Below the pieces are notes generated by a model. That model saw only the letters and a list, made by a program, of their open reading frames with translations, had not been told where the DNA came from and ran no database searches. From Octopus vulgaris (taxonomy: Eukaryota), in contig OX597815.1 in the NCBI GenBank assembly GCA_951406725.2, positions 53,506,001 to 53,570,000 on the forward strand: a DNA stretch of 64,000 bases. The letters run 5' to 3'. Position numbers and translations under genes: made by a program. This document shows, one piece after another, positions 58,507 through 64,000 of the stretch (position 1 is its first letter; the number at the start of each line of letters is the position of its first letter).

Positions 58507-58620
58507 GGTTGTATATGTATAAATATATTATATATATATGTATGTATATATATTTATATATATTATATATATATATAAATGGTTGTATATGTATAAATAT
58601 ATTGTATATATATGTATATA
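58421..58620. repeat. Three-copy minisatellite TAAATGGTTGTATATGTATAAATATATT-(TA)n
   Basis: Units at ~58421, ~58502 and ~58576. Confidence 0.85.
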
Positions 58621-58732
58621 TATGTTATATGTGTGTATATATATATATATCAGTAGCTAGGTAAGTAAATAGGAAGATAAGCAGGTAGATAGATAGATAG
58701 ATAGATAGATATATATATATATATATATATAT

Positions 58733-58799
<67 letters not shown>

Positions 58800-60204
58800 T
58801 TTAAGACCAAGATATTTCACAGTGAGATCAGTATATCAGTATATTGTATATCATCACCAGTGTATCATAATCCCAGTATTTGATATTAAAGTATCACTGC
58901 AAAGTAATCAGGTTGGAAGAAGCTTTGACATTGCACTTGTCTTGTAACCGTGATAAATGTCTATGCAAGTACACACATACAAATAGACAAGAACACTCTC
59001 TCACACTTACAGGAACACATAATACATACATACATATATACATACACACCGACTGTGGTGATCTAGAGAGAAGTAAGGAAAGGGTAACGTCTACGCGTGT
59101 GGAGAGAGAATGAGGAGGTGGAAAAACGGGAGGAAGTAGAAAGTAAGGGAGAGAGAAAGAGAAGGAGGCTTGGGAGGAGGGAAAAAGTTAATTGCTAGTG
59201 TTAATGGTGGCAAATGACGTTTGTGGGTGTGATATGAAAGTTGGCTATGTAATATCAAGGTATTATAGCGGTGGCGGCGGTCCTGGGGGTGGTGCGGTGG
59301 CAGTGGCGGTGGCACTGGTGGTGGTGGCGGTAGTGGTAGTTGTAGTAGTAGCGGTTGTGGTGAGTTGTTGTTTAGCCATGGGTCAGTTGCGATCGATGAG
59401 ATGATATATGATTAAAAAAATAGCTTCGGCCGTGACCATCTCCTCTTTTTCGTCGAACCACATTATCTCAGTGTGCCCAACTTCAGTAAGTAAAGCTGAT
59501 CTGAGGGATATTTGGCTGCACTTTCTAGCAGGTCAACTGCTGGTAGTGACTAGTAATATTGATGCTGGTGGGGATAATAATGATAACAGAGATTAGATGC
59601 GGCTTTGGTGGTGGTGATGGTTGTCGTGGTAAGTCGGTGGTAGTGGTGGTGACGATGGTGGTTGTAATGGAAATGGTAATGGTGATTGGTGATGGTATGA
59701 GTGAAAGGTTTCGATTGTAGTGGTGAGTAGTAGTAGTAGTAGTAGTCGTAGTAGTAGTGGTGGTGATGGTGGTGGAACGATTGGTGGTGGCAATGGTAGT
59801 GAGTTCTATAAGGAGTACAGGAGACGGGAGGGAGGAGCAGATCAACTAACGCAGAATGGCAAATAACGAAAAAGGTGGTGGTGGTGGTGGTGGTGGTGGT
59901 GGTGGTGGTAGTGGTGGTTGTAGTCGTGACGGTGGTGGTTGCGATGGCGGTGGTGATGGGTGGTACAGTCACGGGTGGAGGTAATCGAAGAACAGAGTGG
60001 GAGGAGTGAGTGGTGGAGATGGAACGAAAGGCGGGAAGAGAGAGTCGAAGAAGTTGCTTGGGTAGTGAATGACAGGGGAGGGGCCAGACAGATAATACTT
60101 GATTAAGATATTTAGCGAGTGTATGGGAGTGGATCAGAGGATGATTATCAAAGAGTGAAAATATTAGAGACAGAGAGAAGGGGATGGGAGATAGGGGAGA
60201 TAGG

Positions 60205-60268
<64 letters not shown>

Positions 60269-61301
60269 AAGGGACAGGCAGAACCAGAAAGGGGAGAGTT
60301 TATAAGTATCTAAACAGTCATTCATATAAGAATATTTGTACGTTTATATGTATGTACGTATGTATGTGTGTATGTATGTGTATGTGTATTTATGTATGTA
60401 CGTATGTATGTATGTTTGTTTGTATGTAAGTATGATCGTGTGTATGTATGTATATATGTATGTATGCATGTATGTATGTATGTATGTATGTATGTATGTA
60501 TGCATGTATGCGTGAGTGTGTATGTATGCATTAATGTATGTCTGCTGCATGCATACATGTATATATGTATGTATGAAGGTATGTATGAATTTATGAACGT
60601 ACATCTAACTATCTTTACACACACACATGCACACACGCACACACATGAATATATATATATATTCGCATATTCACGTCTACATGCTTGTATCTGCGTGCGT
60701 GTGTGTGTGTGTGTGAGCGTGAACAAGGAAAGTGGGAGGGAAGCAGAGACACGAAGTATGGAAAATAAAGTAGGTGTGGGAGAAGAAATGTGATTGTTTG
60801 ATAGTTTGGCAACTCTGTTTAAATTCGACTGAAATATTGGAATTGTGGCTTTTAGTGCCTGTCATATACAGAAAACCATTTTCCACGTGCATCATAATAT
60901 ACCTTCTCTCTTACACTCTGTGTTTGTGTGTGCGTGTATGTGTGTTTGTGGGTGCGTGTATGTGTGTTTGTGTGTATGTATGCATATATGTATATATATA
61001 TATGAGTGTCTATGCTCATATATATTATATATATATATACACACACACACATCACTTAATTTCTCTCCATCACGTTTTACCAGATTTCTCTTGCTCTCTT
61101 TCTCTCTCTACTTGATCTAATATCTTTTCATACCCATTATCACCTGCTTTGACATGCATGTATACACCTGTACATACATAAATACACATACATGCAACAT
61201 ACAAGAATATACATACTCATATACATACATGCACAAAACCACCACTTGCAACAAATATAAGACACAAACATATATACTCAATATATATATATGTATGTAT
61301 G

Positions 61302-61351
<50 letters not shown>

Positions 61352-62261
61352 CTCCCCCACAGACACATATTAAATGTTTTTCAACACTCGCACAATATCA
61401 AATACCTTCTTTCCTACAACTACACCTCATCACTTTCATCCCGTTCATTGTTTCTCAGTCTCTCTCTCTCACTCTCTCTCTCTCGCTCTCTCTCACTCGC
61501 TCTCTCTCTCTCATTCATATAGTTACTTGCCAATTGAGTAACGAATTTACCTTCACAATATCACTTCCCACCAACTTTTTTCCTCCTACTCTTCTAGCAT
61601 CTTCACTCTCACCTTAATTGCCACGTTCGCTGTATTAATACCACTCTCTTCCTCGAATTTTCACCCTCTCCATCCGATTATAGCCGCTTTTCTTCCACCC
61701 CCTTTCTTTTTCTCTCTCTCTCTCTCTCTCTGCCACACACACACACACACATACACAAATCACATACACATACGTATTTTCTCTCCCCAGCTCTCCTTTA
61801 TTCTCTCACTGTCTTTTGCTTTATCTTCTCTCACCGCTACCTTCAATAAGCTTTAGTTTTTCCCCCATTATTTCCGCCCTCCCTCCCTCTCTTTTCCTCT
61901 CCTCTATTCATATTTTCATACTTTCCCATTTCCATCCATTTTCATTCAATTCAAACACGAATAAAAAGTCAGTCGGTCAGTTCAATGTTACCACCTACCC
62001 ATCTCACTCCTCCTATTTCCACCCCCACCTTGGCGTTCGCTTATTCGTTTCAGTTATTTCCACCTTCCTCTTTTTGTGTCCTCCCACCATCACCATCTCT
62101 GTCAGCATCACCCGTACAAGTCCCTCCCTCTCCTAATTTGGTGACGTTTGATTGGTGATGTTGATAGCTTAGTTCCTCAACTCAATCACTCCTAGAGTCA
62201 AGGCAGAGAATCTAGGCATGATAATTATATGTAAATTGAATATAAATTGTATTGTCGTTTG

Positions 62262-62675
62262 TCTTTTATTTGTTTCAGTGATGGGAATGTGGCCATATTG
62301 GGGCACCGCTTTGAAGGGTTTTAGGCTACCCCAGTAGTTGCTTGGTTATTCTAACCGTCGCTCTTTGTCGAACCATTAAGTACGGAGCCTTAATCAAACT
62401 AACACTACACACACGAAATCCACTCACAAGATTTTTATCGGCCTAAGGCAATAATAGAAGACATTTGCCCAAAGTGCCACGCAGTGGATCTGAACTCATA
62501 ATCGTGGTTGAGAAGCGAATTTCTTACCACACAGCCACACAAGTGGTTTCAAATTTCATCAAAAGGGATGAAAAGCAAAGTCTACCTCAGTGGAATTTTA
62601 ACTGAGAGCGTTAAGTCGGAAGAAATACTCCTAAGCATCTTGTCCGGCGTATTAACGATTCTGCCAGCTTGCCAC
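62262..62675 (-). mobile_element. SINE family A followed by a deleted family B copy
   Basis: Family A motifs 62262-62538; GGATGAAAAGCAAAGTC..AACGATTCTGCCAGCTTGCC to 62675. Confidence 0.75.
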
Positions 62676-63059
62676 TTTACCAGGGCCTACATATTATGAA
62701 TTATTTATAAAAGTGGAGAAAATCTCTATCAGAAGAAAATGCACCAAAATCAGGGGAAAATGTTAGAAATGGTAGCATATTGGACTTGTCCTGAAATATT
62801 AAATTTCGATTGCGTTTTGAGGCAGATAGCACCGAAGTCGATTTTGCTCCTATCCTTTCCCGGGTCGTCTATAAAATAAGATCCAGCAATACAATGCACT
62901 GATTTTAACATTCTGTACCTTTGTAGCCTTCTGCCAAGTGTTATGAATATTCATTTCGTTTTAAGATCAAATCCCGCTGAGGTCAACTTTTAAGTTCATT
63001 CTTGGGAGGGTGAAATAAGAAACCTCCAGCTTCGTGGTGGGTAATAATAATAATGATAT

Positions 63060-63450
63060 TTTTTCTTTTGTTCTTAATGTAGGCACAAAGCCAGTAGTTT
63101 TGGGGAGAGAAGCGAAGTCGATAACATCGACCCAAGTACTTGATTGGTACTTTATTTTATCGACTCCCCAGAGAGATGAAAGTTACTGTGGGATTTGAAC
63201 TCAGAACGTAAAAAGCCGACAGAAATACTGCGAAGCATCTATTCCAGTGCAGCCAAATATGTAACCATTGGGACAAGACCAGTAATTTTAAGTTGGTTGG
63301 GAGGTGGAGCACATTGGTATTTATTTTAGAGACCTCGAAAGAATGAAAGTCAAAGTCAGTCTCGGCGACATTTGAACTCAGAACGTAAAAAGCTGGAAAA
63401 AATGTCGCTAAGCATTTTGTACGACGCGCTTCAGATTTTGCCATCTGACC
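63060..63450 (-). mobile_element. Two diverged SINE family B copies
   Basis: ATTTGAACTCAGAACGTAAAA at ~63193 and ~63370. Confidence 0.7.
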
Positions 63451-63785
63451 ACTGTTTGTCGATTCACCTTAACCTCATGTTTCACTACAGCTGGGCTTCA
63501 TTTTGCAATAAGCAAATAACTTCTCGCCTTTGGTTTTTTTTTTTATGGAATATGAAAGAAAATATTTCAAGTGAAAGCTTTATTACTGACAAAACACTGT
63601 ACATTCATGTATAATACAAACCTTGATTTTCAGGCCTAAATTACCTTAATTATATATTGTACAACCAGCAGAGTTGCACAACTGTTACAAAAGAAGATGA
63701 CCTAATATAATTCCATACTTTTTAATTATTGAATATTCCGTTATTATATAACGACACTGCATAGTGCCAAAAGTCCCAGCAATGC

Positions 63786-64000
63786 CTATTTCTTTATTAC
63801 CCACAAGGGGCTAAACATAGAAGGGACAAACAAGGACAGACATAGGTATTAAGTCGATTACATCTACCCCAGTGCGTAACTGGTACTTAATTTATCGACC
63901 CCGAAAGGATGAAAGGTAAAGTCGACCTCGGCGGAATTTGAACTCACAACGTAACGGCAGACGAAATACCGCTCGGCATTTCGCCCAGCGCGCTAACGTT
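63786..64000 (-). mobile_element. SINE family B (young), truncated by window edge
   Basis: Reverse complement of 47286-47515. Confidence 0.9.

Noticed and set aside
59265-59380. Short minus-strand ORF MAKQQLTTT..PPPGPPPPL
   Set aside because: Ends in a stop with no donor; low-complexity

Overview
AT-rich, repeat-saturated eukaryotic (animal) genomic DNA; the SINE families and extreme (TA)n/(CA)n/(TATC)n/(TAA)n density suggest a coleoid cephalopod (Octopus), which is an inference. Almost all ORFs in the track are microsatellite read-throughs. One convincing host-gene exon is present on the minus strand (54768-56099; 1332 nt, phase-1/phase-1, encoding a Ser/Pro/Gln/His-rich disordered segment), with two candidate frame-preserving microexons nearby. 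The rest looks intronic or intergenic. It contains three tRNA-derived SINE families, a (TAA)n-associated repeat, RTE and R4/Dong LINE fragments, mariner fossils, non-autonomous Helitrons, Penelope-like (PLE) remnants and several fold-back elements. The most notable non-obvious signals are a structurally complete type I hammerhead ribozyme (42909-42959) with several degenerate hammerhead cores in other PLE-like inserts, a pre-miRNA-sized hairpin (14959-15024), three POU octamer motifs at exact 23-bp spacing (10656-10709), and two outward-facing Helitron 3' ends bracketing about 3 kb. Repeat boundaries are approximate.
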